DNA of 64,000 nucleotides from an uncultured Lachnoclostridium sp. (GTDB taxonomy: Bacteria; Bacillota; Clostridia; Lachnospirales; Lachnospiraceae), in assembly GCA_946491795.1 (NCBI GenBank), contig CAMLYF010000006.1, forward strand, positions 16,504-80,503, written 5' to 3'. The notes beneath the pieces were generated by a model. It was not told where the DNA came from, did no database searches, and saw nothing but the letters and a program-made list of their open reading frames with translations. Position 1 is the stretch's first letter; the number at the start of each line of letters is the position of its first letter. Both the position numbers and the translations under genes were made by a program. Of the stretch, positions 40,899-50,800 are shown piece after piece.

Positions 40899-40935
40899 CG
40901 GTCATGCCGGCAAGAATCTGAAAATTGCTCTGTCA

Positions 40936-40965
40936 TGTATATTTTCGGCGGAAAGCAGGATACTA
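40936..40965 (+). promoter_or_regulatory. Sigma-G-type forespore promoter of the spoVA genes
   Basis: TGTATA (40936-40941), 17-nt spacer, GATACTA (40959-40965). Same architecture and identical -10 as the spoVT promoter. Confidence 0.5.
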
Positions 40966-41012
40966 ATCGTTAGAAAACGAAATTAGTATTAACAGTACAA
41001 GGACGGGTGGAC

Positions 41013-41243
41013 ATGATGGATGACGGACAGAAAAAAATATGGATATGCCTGCTTATTGTCGTTTTGGCAGCAGTCGTGATCGGTATCCTATATTATTTCA
41101 GTACGCCGACAGAGCACAGCAGCGAGGGATTCCTGATTCGGGCAGCGCATGGGCAATGCGAAGCAGTGGCTCCGGCAGCAACTTCGGAAGAAGCATGCAG
41201 GCGTGTGATTCTTCTGTCAGAGGAGGATAATAATGGCATCTGA
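41013..41243 (+). CDS. Small single-pass membrane protein, first ORF of the spoVA-type operon
   Basis: ~76 aa with one TM helix (IWICLLIVVLAAVVIGILYYF). Overlaps the spoVAA start by 11 nt. Start ambiguous (GTG 41007, ATG 41013 or ATG 41016). Confidence 0.45.
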   Translation: MMDDGQKKIWICLLIVVLAAVVIGILYYFSTPTEHSSEGFLIRAAHGQCEAVAPAATSEEACRRVILLSEEDNNGI

Positions 41244-41898
41244 GAACAAGATACTCTATATCAAGGGTGACCGCGATGTGGAAGTGACAAAACCGGATGT
41301 AACGCTTGGAGATCTTCTGAGTATGGAGTGTACGGACAAGCTGATGCTGGCGAAGATCAAGACACTTAAGATCATCAGATTTAAGAAGAGTGGAAGACAG
41401 AGATGCGTAGTCTCGGTGCTTAAGATCATAGCCTGTATCCATGAAAAGTTTCCGGAAGCAGATGTCCAGAATCTGGGAGAGTCAGATATCATCGTGACCT
41501 ATGAAGATCAGAAAACTCCTGCTCTTGCCTGGCATATCATAAAGACAGTATTTGTGGCGGCGGTGACATTTTTCGGAGCGGCTTTTTCTATTATGGCATT
41601 TAATAATGACGTAGATGTAACGAAACTATTCGGACAGATCTATGAGTTTGTCACCGGGCAGGAGGCAGGCGGGTTTACGGTACTGGAAATCGCATATTCT
41701 ATGGGGGTTACCGCGGGAATCCTGATCTTCTTTAATCATTTTGGCAAGAAGCGCTTTACTGTGGACCCGACTCCCATGGAGATCCAGATGAGGCTGTACG
41801 AGAATGATATTCAGACGACACTGATCGAGAATTCGGAGCGGAGAGGAGAGGAAATCGATGTGGGCACAACAGATACTTCTGGCAGCAATCGGAATTAG
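41233..41898 (+). CDS. spoVAA: Stage V sporulation protein AA
   Basis: 221 aa. Soluble N-terminal domain plus two TM helices. Positioned directly after sigF, as in Bacillus and Clostridia spoVA operons. Family-level recognition only. Confidence 0.7.
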   Translation: MASENKILYIKGDRDVEVTKPDVTLGDLLSMECTDKLMLAKIKTLKIIRFKKSGRQRCVVSVLKIIACIHEKFPEADVQNLGESDIIVTYEDQKTPALAWHIIKTVFVAAVTFFGAAFSIMAFNNDVDVTKLFGQIYEFVTGQEAGGFTVLEIAYSMGVTAGILIFFNHFGKKRFTVDPTPMEIQMRLYENDIQTTLIENSERRGEEIDVGTTDTSGSNRN

Positions 41899-42274
41899 CG
41901 CAGGGGTCGCCGTGTCAGGCGGCCTTTTTTCTTTGATCGTAGAATTAGGAGTGATCGCGGACTTTGCCGACCGGACACATACCGGGGACAAAGTGCTCTT
42001 CTATGAAGACTGCACGGCGGCAGGGGGAATTCTTGGAAACATAATCTATGTATTCCATATAGGGATTCCGGCGGGAGACTGGGGACTGGGAATTTTCGGA
42101 ATCTTCGCCGGGATTTTTGTCGGATGCTGGGCCATGGCTCTGGCGGAGATACTGAACGTATTTCCCGTATTTATGCGCCGCGTCCGGATTGTGCGGTATA
42201 TGTCCGCCTTTGTGATCAGTCTGGCAGTAGGAAAAGGGCTGGGCGCATGCCTGTTCTTCTTTCAGGGGTGGTGA
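41858..42274 (+). CDS. spoVAB: Stage V sporulation protein AB
   Basis: 138 aa, 4 TM, overlapping spoVAA. Confidence 0.7.
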   Translation: MWAQQILLAAIGISAGVAVSGGLFSLIVELGVIADFADRTHTGDKVLFYEDCTAAGGILGNIIYVFHIGIPAGDWGLGIFGIFAGIFVGCWAMALAEILNVFPVFMRRVRIVRYMSAFVISLAVGKGLGACLFFFQGW

Positions 42275-42311
42275 ATCGCTGAATGTTTTGTGATGAATGT
42301 AATAAAACTTT

Positions 42312-42350
42312 CATAAAATGTATTTACGAAAATTTTACTTACATTTTATG
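42312..42350. repeat. AT-rich perfect 11-bp inverted repeat upstream of the ECF operon
   Basis: CATAAAATGTA (42312-42322), 17-nt spacer, TACATTTTATG (42340-42350). Confidence 0.6.
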
Positions 42351-42395
42351 GATTCATGATATCGGTTTGACATCAAGCTCTTTATAATATGGACT

Positions 42396-42445
42396 AACAG
42401 TTCAGTCATCAATTCGGTTTTACGAATGGCGCGGGCAGAACTGTT
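42396..42445 (+). promoter_or_regulatory. Candidate structured leader hairpin of the ECF operon
   Basis: AACAGTTC (42396-42403) pairs with GAACTGTT (42438-42445), enclosing an inner ATTCG/CGAAT hairpin. Lies 38 nt upstream of the preferred start codon. Confidence 0.35.
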
Positions 42446-42482
42446 CAACCGATAACTAAGAGAGTAAATGGAGGAAACAATC

Positions 42483-43322
42483 ATGAATCCACAGAACAAG
42501 ATTTCACAGTCACAGAAATTAATGGTATTTGTTCTTTCAATGTCACTTTATGGACTGGCTACTTTATTTACAGAGCTGATCCCGTCTTTTCAGGTCGGTA
42601 TCGTGGAATTCTCAGTCGAGTATTTCCTGTTTATTCCGCTGACACTGGCTATGCTCTTTGATCCGCTCTCCGCAGGCCTCGGGGCTGCAACCGGAGAACT
42701 TGTCTTCAGTGAGATCATGCTGGGACAGTTCGGAGGTCTTGGCGAGCTGGAAAAATTCCTAACCGTTACGATCGGTGTGTATGTTGCAGGCCGCCTCGTA
42801 AAAAATCCGAGAAACCGTGCGGCTGTCGCAGGTGCTTCCATCTTCGGTGTATTTCTTCAGCTCTTTATGGGAACCGTGGTGGATATCCTGAAGGTACAGT
42901 TTGCAGTGGAAGACTTTGAGGCTGTTGCAGGACTTCCGGAAAGTGTATTTGCCACAGAAGGATTCGCCTGTCTTAACGACCTGCTGTTCTCAGGCATCCT
43001 CTTCTGTATGCTGCCGACCATGTTCCTTGTACCGAAGCTCTACGGCAAGATCGAGCCGCTGCTCGGCATGAAGCCGCGTGATGAGAAGACGATGACAGGA
43101 AGCGCGCTTTCTGCAAAATCTATCGTACTCTGTCTCGTGGGATTCGCAGTCGCGATCGTGGCACAGCTTCTGGCAAAAGGCGGATATGCGCTGATCGACT
43201 GGGAGGCAGCATGGGCTGAGAGCACAACAGCGATCATAATTGCGATTGTTGTGGCAGCAGTTGTTGCCCTGATCGTGTTCGGTGTGATCCGCAGTCGAGC
43301 AAAGAACAGACAGACAGCATAA
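42483..43322 (+). CDS. ECF-transporter substrate-capture (S) component, specificity unknown
   Basis: Multi-TM protein directly upstream of the fused EcfA-A' and EcfT genes. ATG 42483 follows GGAGG; the ORF track starts at 42468. Extra C-terminal TM helices. Confidence 0.6.
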   Translation: MNPQNKISQSQKLMVFVLSMSLYGLATLFTELIPSFQVGIVEFSVEYFLFIPLTLAMLFDPLSAGLGAATGELVFSEIMLGQFGGLGELEKFLTVTIGVYVAGRLVKNPRNRAAVAGASIFGVFLQLFMGTVVDILKVQFAVEDFEAVAGLPESVFATEGFACLNDLLFSGILFCMLPTMFLVPKLYGKIEPLLGMKPRDEKTMTGSALSAKSIVLCLVGFAVAIVAQLLAKGGYALIDWEAAWAESTTAIIIAIVVAAVVALIVFGVIRSRAKNRQTA

Positions 43323-43380
43323 GGATAAGTAACAGAAAGTATACGAATTTAGAGATAACGTAACAGGAAGGTGCCCGCAA

Positions 43381-45108
43381 GTGAGTATTATAGAGATCAA
43401 AAATCTTACATTTACATACCCGGGGGCATCAGAGCCGACATTAAAAAATGCATCAGCAGTGATTGAAAAGGGGGATTTCCTTGCGATCGTTGGAAACAAC
43501 GGCTGCGGGAAATCTACTCTTTGTAAGACATTAAACGGCCTGATCCCTCACTTTATCATCGGTGATATGGACGGCGACGTCATCATCGACGGATTGAATA
43601 CAAAAGAACAGGAGATCGGCACGCTGGCCCGCAAGGTAGGATATGTCTATCAGGATTTTGAAAATCAGATCGTATGTCCTACCGTGCTGGAAGACGCCTC
43701 TTATGCGTGTCTAAATTATGCCATGCCGGACTATGAAGAAAAAGGGAAAAAAGCGCTGCATGTCTGCGGCCTTTCTTCCAAAATCGGAGATTATGTGTGG
43801 CAGCTCTCGGGAGGACAGAAGCACCTTCTTGCTCTGGCAGGAACCGCGGCGTTAAGCCCGGATATCCTGATTCTCGACGAACCCATCGCCCAGCTGGATC
43901 CCGCCCATGCGGACGGCATCTATGAGGTGTTGAAGGAACTGAATGAGAAATACGGCAAGACCATTATCGTGATCGAGCATCACACAGACTACATAGTAAA
44001 ATACTGTAAGGACGTCATGCTCCTGAAAGACGGAGGTGTACAGTGGGTACTGCCTGCAAAAGAAGCTATGCGCCGTACAGACGAACTGCAGGGGTGCAAT
44101 ATCTTTCCGCCGCAGGTAGCAATCGCAGCCGAGCGCATGATCGATGCGGGACTTCTCCCGAAAGAGCCGTTCCTTCAGAAAGAAGAGGAACTGCCGGTGG
44201 ATGTGGCGGAGGGAGTCCGCGTATTTACGCCTTATCTTAAAAATAAAGGCCCGGCGTACAAGCAGCCATTGAAAAGGGAGCTGAAGAGAGAGCCGATCGT
44301 TGACTTTAAGAATGTGACGGTAAAATACCGTGCAGTCAAAGGCGAACCGCCGAAGATCTTTGACGACTTTTCCATTCAGATCGGAAAGGGAGAGAAAATA
44401 GCCCTGATCGGTTCCAACGGCGCCGGAAAATCTACGATGCTCAAGATGATGATGGGCCTGATCCGTCCGGAATCCGGCCAGGTACTTCTAAACGACCGGC
44501 CCACTGCGGATCTTCCGAAAGAGGAACTGGGACGTACGATCTCTATGGTGTATCAGAATCCAGAAGAAATGTTTATCAAAGATTCTATTCGCAAGGATAT
44601 CGAGTACGCTATGATGGTAAGAAAGGTCGAAGATTATCAGAAGAGGACGGATGAACTGCTTGAGATGTTCCGACTCACAGATCTGCAGGACCGGGATGGC
44701 AGGCTGCTATCCGGCGGACAGATGCGGCGTGCTTCCCTTGCCATCGGAATCGCACTGCAGCCGGAGATCCTGCTCCTCGACGAGCCGACGGCTAATCTTG
44801 ACATTGCAACCAGACGGGAGATCATGAAGACGCTGCAGATGCTCAAAGGAATCACAGACACGGTGGTGATCGCTACCCATGATATGCAGCTTGTGTGCGA
44901 CTGGGCGGAGCGCCTGATCGTCCTCTCTGCCGGATATGTGATCGCGGACGGGACGAAAGAAGAGATCTTCGCCGATATGTATGTCCGTCAGCAGGTGGGA
45001 ATCCGGCCGCCTCAGATCTGCGATATGGGCCGGGCTCTGGGGATCGAGAATCCGTGCTTTACGATCGATGAATTCATGGAATATTTCCGAGGTGAAAAAT
45101 ATGCGTAA
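43381..45108 (+). CDS. Energy-coupling factor transporter ATPase, fused EcfA-EcfA'
   Basis: Two cassettes: GNNGCGKST/LSGGQKHLLAL and GSNGAGKST/LSGGQMRRASL. 575 aa. Confidence 0.9.
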   Translation: MSIIEIKNLTFTYPGASEPTLKNASAVIEKGDFLAIVGNNGCGKSTLCKTLNGLIPHFIIGDMDGDVIIDGLNTKEQEIGTLARKVGYVYQDFENQIVCPTVLEDASYACLNYAMPDYEEKGKKALHVCGLSSKIGDYVWQLSGGQKHLLALAGTAALSPDILILDEPIAQLDPAHADGIYEVLKELNEKYGKTIIVIEHHTDYIVKYCKDVMLLKDGGVQWVLPAKEAMRRTDELQGCNIFPPQVAIAAERMIDAGLLPKEPFLQKEEELPVDVAEGVRVFTPYLKNKGPAYKQPLKRELKREPIVDFKNVTVKYRAVKGEPPKIFDDFSIQIGKGEKIALIGSNGAGKSTMLKMMMGLIRPESGQVLLNDRPTADLPKEELGRTISMVYQNPEEMFIKDSIRKDIEYAMMVRKVEDYQKRTDELLEMFRLTDLQDRDGRLLSGGQMRRASLAIGIALQPEILLLDEPTANLDIATRREIMKTLQMLKGITDTVVIATHDMQLVCDWAERLIVLSAGYVIADGTKEEIFADMYVRQQVGIRPPQICDMGRALGIENPCFTIDEFMEYFRGEKYA

Positions 45109-45925
45109 ACTTTCAGAGAATATATTAGATAAATTTTCTATGGATTTCCTGAGAAATCAGGTGCTCAAGAATGCCTACGGCAATGATGATACCGTGATCG
45201 CCAAAATGGATCCGCGCATCCTTCTTGTCTGGTATCTGTTCTTCGGGCTTGTTCCGTGGTTCTTAAACGATGTAGTCCTGCTGCTGGGAATTTTCCTTTT
45301 TGTGGCGCTCACCACCCGTGCTGCGAAGGTGGCGCCGCTGGTTCTCTTTTTGTTCTGCATCGGCGTATTTTCACAGACCGGTTATCTCTTTATTGTGGCA
45401 CTGTTTTTTGGCGGCAATACGGAAACCATTGCGCCATTGCTTGTGATGACGCTGAAAGTGGCGGCTGTGTCCCTTGCGTCCATCACCGTATTTTCCGGAC
45501 TTGACCCGGACCGTCTGGCAAACGGTCTGCTCTGGTTCGGGTGCCCGGGACAGCTTTCTTTCAGTATATCTTTCGCCTACCGCATCCTGCCGGTTTTGAT
45601 GGAGGAGTTCCAGAATATTCTTCTGTCCTACCGCCTCAGAGGCAATCCGCCCCACAGGAACGGACTGATCGGGAAGATCCGGTATCTGTGCTATCAGGTA
45701 AAGATGATCATTCAGTCATTTTATCCGCTGATGCTCAATACGGCGAAGCGGTCCAGAACAACAGTGGAGGCGCTGGAGCTGAGGGGATACCGTTATTCCA
45801 TTCAGAACCCTGAGGTAAAGAAGATGAAGCTGTCCATGCTGAAAGTGACTCAGGCGGATATCATCTTCGTCTGCATCTCAGCGGCGTGGGTATGCGTATG
45901 TGTCGGTCTGTCTGTCGTACTGTAA
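45101..45925 (+). CDS. Energy-coupling factor transporter transmembrane component EcfT
   Basis: ATG 45101 overlaps the upstream stop. Multi-TM with the C-terminal coupling-helix motif (ALELRGY). Confidence 0.85.
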   Translation: MRKLSENILDKFSMDFLRNQVLKNAYGNDDTVIAKMDPRILLVWYLFFGLVPWFLNDVVLLLGIFLFVALTTRAAKVAPLVLFLFCIGVFSQTGYLFIVALFFGGNTETIAPLLVMTLKVAAVSLASITVFSGLDPDRLANGLLWFGCPGQLSFSISFAYRILPVLMEEFQNILLSYRLRGNPPHRNGLIGKIRYLCYQVKMIIQSFYPLMLNTAKRSRTTVEALELRGYRYSIQNPEVKKMKLSMLKVTQADIIFVCISAAWVCVCVGLSVVL

Positions 45926-46011
45926 GGACAGCAGCATCAGTGTGCAGGCATATTGCTCCTTGTACGCTGATGCTATGTGGAATAGAAACACAGGAAGGAT
46001 GAGAAAGAAAC

Positions 46012-46809
46012 ATGAAAATTGATTTTCACACACACGGGAAACTGGCAAAGAAGCTTCCCTTTTCAAAAGAATATACGGACTGGCTCTTCCGGGAGGCACA
46101 GAAATCCGGATTGGACGCACTCTGCCTGACAGAGCATTTCAACACGCTGGGCTTTCAGGAGGTGTACCGATATATATCTGGCCGGTGTACAAGAGAAGGA
46201 GATTCTCTTGTGACAGAGAGCGGATTCCGCATCTTTCCGGGTATGGAGACAGATATAGCGGAAGGCGGACATACACTGATCATCGGCCCTATGGAGTGCA
46301 TCCTGGAAATGAACCAGCGTCTGGAACCGAATAAAGAGAAAGGAAAATTCCTGACCTTTGAAAAGCTGGCTGAGCTGGTGGAAGAGTATCCGGTCATATT
46401 CGGTGCTGGACATCCGTACAGAGACGGCGGGCATATACCGGAGCTGCCACAGAAAATGCTGGAGAAATTCTTCTTTCTCGATGTAAACGGCAAAGACCTG
46501 GCCAGAGACTGTGACGGTACATGGGAGAAAATGAGGGCGCTCTCCCGTAAGCTTGACCGTCCGCTGGTGGCGGGAAGCGACACCCATCAGTCTTTCCAGT
46601 ACGGCTGTGTCTGGAACGAATTCAGACAGACGGTCCATACGGTGCAGGATCTGGCGGCAGAGATTACAAATGGCGCGTATGAGATCCGGATGTCTGATTC
46701 ACTTGCATTTAAAGTAGAGTCGGCGGGAATCTTAAAGCGCGCACTAAAAGAAATCGATGCGCTGGGCGGAGACTATGTATCCGTGCTGCTGAAAGGGGCA
46801 GAGATATAA
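46012..46809 (+). CDS. PHP-domain metal-dependent phosphoesterase
   Basis: MKIDFHTHG N-terminal His motif, LTEHF, and a later GSDTH motif. 265 aa. Confidence 0.8.
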   Translation: MKIDFHTHGKLAKKLPFSKEYTDWLFREAQKSGLDALCLTEHFNTLGFQEVYRYISGRCTREGDSLVTESGFRIFPGMETDIAEGGHTLIIGPMECILEMNQRLEPNKEKGKFLTFEKLAELVEEYPVIFGAGHPYRDGGHIPELPQKMLEKFFFLDVNGKDLARDCDGTWEKMRALSRKLDRPLVAGSDTHQSFQYGCVWNEFRQTVHTVQDLAAEITNGAYEIRMSDSLAFKVESAGILKRALKEIDALGGDYVSVLLKGAEI

Positions 46810-46814
46810 AGAAG

Positions 46815-46845
46815 CGGAGATCCTATCTCGGGATCTCCGTTTTAT
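46815..46845. terminator. Bidirectional stem-loop between the convergent PHP and RpiR genes
   Basis: CGGAGATCC / GGATCTCCG stem followed by ttttat. Overlaps the last codons of the RpiR gene. Confidence 0.6.
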
Positions 46846-47665
46846 AATGTTCTTTTAATTTATACAGGCAGTCCAGCTGTTCAGAAGATGTTGCACCCAG
46901 CTTTGCTCCCAGCATTACTACAAGGGCATCGAGCAGAGCGGCCGGAGCTGCCATGGAATGATATTCCGACGGCTCGCCCCGGAAGACGAACAGCGGGATG
47001 ACTGCCTCCTGCTCCAGCGAGTGATACAGACGACTTGTGAAAAAGATACATTTATAATGAATCTTCTTTTGATAATCAAGAATCACGGCAGCCTCTTTCG
47101 GTGTTTTCTGGAAGCCGAATAGGATTACCAGATCTTTTTCTGTAAAGAAATTCATATATTCAAAAAGTTCCGAGCTCCCGGCCGGGAGGCGGATGACTTT
47201 TTTTCCGAAGCGGTTCAGCCGGAATTTGAGCAGCTCGGCCATGGAAACTGCCGCTCCTTTTGCATAGAGGTAGATTGTGTCGGATGACAGAATGGTGTCT
47301 GCGGCTTTTTCGAGCATATTTTCATCCAGAAATTCAAGTGTTTTTTCAATACAGTACTGCTGGCGGCGAAGAAATCCTTCCGGTGTATTGGAGGATTCAC
47401 TGCCCAGCGTGGAATTCAGCTTCCCGGCCGGAGGATTTTCCTCTGCTACATGCCGGAGAACGGCACTCTTCAGTTCTTTAAAATCAGCATAGCCGCAGTG
47501 TCTGGCAAACCGCGATACAGTCGGCTCTGAACTGCCGATGCACCGTGCTACATCGCCGATGCTCATGCGGATGAATTCCTGTGGGCTGGCGATGATATAA
47601 TCGATGATTTTTTTCTCGGTCTTTGTAAAATGGACGTCGTTTTTTACAAAATAGATTTCAGTCAT
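46823..47665 (-). CDS. MurR/RpiR-family transcriptional regulator (HTH_6 plus SIS domain)
   Basis: ATG (47665-47663) follows AGAGGAG and gives MTEIYFVKNDVHFTKTEKKIIDYII. HTH motif SIGDVARCIGSSEPTVSRFARHCGY. C-terminal SIS fold. Confidence 0.85.
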   Translation of the reverse strand: MTEIYFVKNDVHFTKTEKKIIDYIIASPQEFIRMSIGDVARCIGSSEPTVSRFARHCGYADFKELKSAVLRHVAEENPPAGKLNSTLGSESSNTPEGFLRRQQYCIEKTLEFLDENMLEKAADTILSSDTIYLYAKGAAVSMAELLKFRLNRFGKKVIRLPAGSSELFEYMNFFTEKDLVILFGFQKTPKEAAVILDYQKKIHYKCIFFTSRLYHSLEQEAVIPLFVFRGEPSEYHSMAAPAALLDALVVMLGAKLGATSSEQLDCLYKLKEHYKTEIPR

Positions 47666-47797
47666 AACGAAACTCCTCTGTCGGAAATATTTCTTATCAT
47701 AGCACACAAATGGGAAGAAAGGGTAAAGCACAGATATAAAGTGTGTAAAATTGAAAAAAACGCCAGGAAAGAATCGTATTTATTTACTTTATGCACA

Positions 47798-47826
47798 GTG
47801 ACAAATACGTTGTAATTCGCTATAAT
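47798..47826 (+). promoter_or_regulatory. Sigma-A-type promoter for the giant ABC gene
   Basis: GTGACA (47798-47803), 17-nt spacer, TATAAT (47821-47826). Confidence 0.55.
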
Positions 47827-47885
47827 ATCAACATTGAGGGTTGGGGCGGAATTTGACGCTTGAAACTGTGAAAGGAGATGTAGAA

Positions 47886-50800
47886 ATGCTTCAGGTAAAG
47901 GACATTCATAAAGAATACCGCACCGGAACTCTGGTCCAGAAAGCCCTGGACGGAGTGAGCCTGAATTTGAGAGATAATGAATTTGTTGCCATCTTAGGCC
48001 CGAGCGGATCGGGAAAGACGACGCTTCTTAATATCATCGGAGGACTGGACCGCTATGACAGCGGAGATCTTATCATCAACGGGATTTCTACTAAGAAATA
48101 TAAAGACAGGGATTGGGATTCCTACCGGAACCATACGATCGGATTCGTGTTCCAGAGTTATAACCTGATCCCTCACCAGACGATCCTGGCGAATGTCGAA
48201 CTCGCTCTGACAATCTCAGGGATCGGGAAAGCAGAACGCAGACAGAGAGCCCAGGAGGCACTGGCGCAGGTGGGACTGGGAGAGCAGGTCCACAAAAAGC
48301 CAAACCAGCTCTCCGGCGGGCAAATGCAGAGGGTTGCCATTGCCAGAGCGCTTGTAAATGATCCGGACATCCTGCTGGCAGATGAGCCGACAGGCGCTCT
48401 GGACAGTGAGACCAGCGTGCAGGTCATGGACCTGCTCAAAGAAGTGGCAAAAGACCGGCTTGTGGTCATGGTCACCCATAATCCTGAGCTGGCGTACGAG
48501 TATGCGACGCGTATCGTGAATCTGAAAGACGGGAAGATCCGATCCGATAGCGACCCGTACGATGTAAATGAGGCGGAACTTACGGAGCCGGAACACAAGA
48601 ACATGGGGAAGTCTTCCATGTCTTTTCTTACGGCTCTTTCCTTGAGCTTTAATAATCTGAAGACGAAGAAAGCACGTACTCTTCTTACTTCTTTTGCAGG
48701 ATCTATTGGTATCATTGGTATAGCGCTCATTCTTTCTTTGTCAACAGGAGTTAACGACTATATCGGGAAGATCGAAGAGGAGACGCTGTCCGAGTATCCG
48801 CTTCAGATTCAGAGTACCGGATTCGATTTTTCTTCTGCCATGGATACCGGAGCTGCCTCGGATACCAGCGAGGAGGACGGTGATATCTATGTGGTAGAGA
48901 TGGTGACGAATATGTTCTCCACGATGGATACCAATGACCTGGAATCCCTGAAAACATATCTGGACAGCGGTGACAGCGGGATTGAAGAGTATACAAATGC
49001 GATAGAATATTCTTATAATGCGGAACCACAGATCTATAAAGAGAATGGAGACGAGATCCGTCAGGTTAATCCGGATCATTCCTTTGACTCCATGGGCTTG
49101 GGATCATCGTCCGGTTCCGGGATCATGTCTTCCATGATGAGTACAAACGTATTCTATGAGATGCCGGAAAATGAACAGCTCTATGAGGGACAGTACGATG
49201 TGAAGGCGGGACGCTGGCCTGAAAAATATAATGAATGTGTACTCGTCCTTACTTCCGGCGGAGGTATGAGCGATTTCATGCTCTATACGCTGGGCTTGAG
49301 AGATCCCCTTGAACTGGATGAGATGGTGGATCAGTTTATCAACGAAGAGAATATCACTACGCCGGATGATATGGGGACTTATACGTATGACGATATCCTC
49401 GGCATTACATTTAAGCTGGTGAACAGTGCGGACTATTATCAGTACGACAGCCAGTATAATGTATGGACGGACAAATCTGGCGATACAGATTATATGAAAG
49501 AGCTGGTCGCAAATGGAGAAGACCTGACAATCGTAGGAGTAGTCCAGCCCTCCGAGGATGCAAATGCCTCGGCTTTGAGCGCGGGTATCTGCTACCCGGC
49601 TTCTTTGACGAAACATATAGCTGAGTATGCAGAGAATACGGAGATTGTCAAACAGCAGCTGGCTGATTCGTCTGTCAATGTTTTTACCGGTGAGAAGTTC
49701 GGAGAGAGCAGCTCAGAAAACGGGTTTGACATGGAATCCCTTGTGACGGTAGATGAAGAAAAACTGCAGGAAGCATTTGGATTCAATGAGAGTGCATTTA
49801 CTAATCTGTCAGATGCTTTTGACTTTTCCAGTGTATTCAGTAGTGCAGGGAATTCTATTGATCTGTCCAGCTTGGTGGATCTCGGGGATATCGCGGTGGA
49901 TCTGCCGGATATGCCGTCCATGAGCATGGAGGATCTTCTAGGAAATCTTGATCTCAATGTGTCATCGGATGGATTCGCACAGATGGCGTCAAGTCTGATG
50001 GAGGGATATCAGAAGTATGCTCAGGAACATCCGGAGGCGGATTATTCCGGATTGGCGGAAGCTTTTCAGAATTATCTAAGTTCGGATGCGGCGCAGTCGA
50101 TTCTCCGTGACAACATTGCAGATATTATTCAGTCCGGTTCCGGGATCACTGTGACTACGGAACAGCTCCGGGAGATGCTCAGTGAGATTATGACCGGATT
50201 TGCACAATATATAGAGGAAAATAATTATGACGATCCGTCCAGATTCGGCGAATATCTGCAGGAATATCTGGGAACTGCCGATGCACAGGGCATACTGAAT
50301 AAATGGGCGGATGAGATTTTCAACGGAGTGGTTGATAATATAACCATTACTTCGGAGCAGATCAGTAAACTGGCAGGGGAACTGGCGGCGGGTTATCAGC
50401 AGTATGCGCAGCAGACTGGCGCACCCGACCCGGCCAAGATGGGGGAAAACTTTATCGCATATCTTGGTACTGCGGACGGGCAGAAGAGATTGTCAGACGG
50501 CCTTGCGGGTGTGGTAGATACAGCAGGAATCGAGAGCCAGCTCACAGGTGCTGTGGAGAGCTACATGCGAAGCGCCATGTCCTCTTATGGAAGTGCGATC
50601 GGACAGGCGCTGGAGAGCCAGATTTCTTCAGCAATGCAGCAGATGATGAGTCAGCTTGCCACGGGCATGAGCCAGGCTATGGGTCAGGCGATGACACAGG
50701 TCGGCAGCAGTCTGGAAAACGCTATGAACATTGACGGAGAGGCCTTTGCGGACGCATTCCAGATGAATATGACAGGAGATGAGCTGGCAGAACTTATGAT

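Noticed and set aside
42367-42390. TTGACA ... TATAAT/TAATAT as the ECF operon promoter
   Set aside because: The spacer between the -35-like and -10-like hexamers is only 10-12 nt, which is incompatible with a functional sigma-A promoter as drawn. The real promoter remains unassigned.
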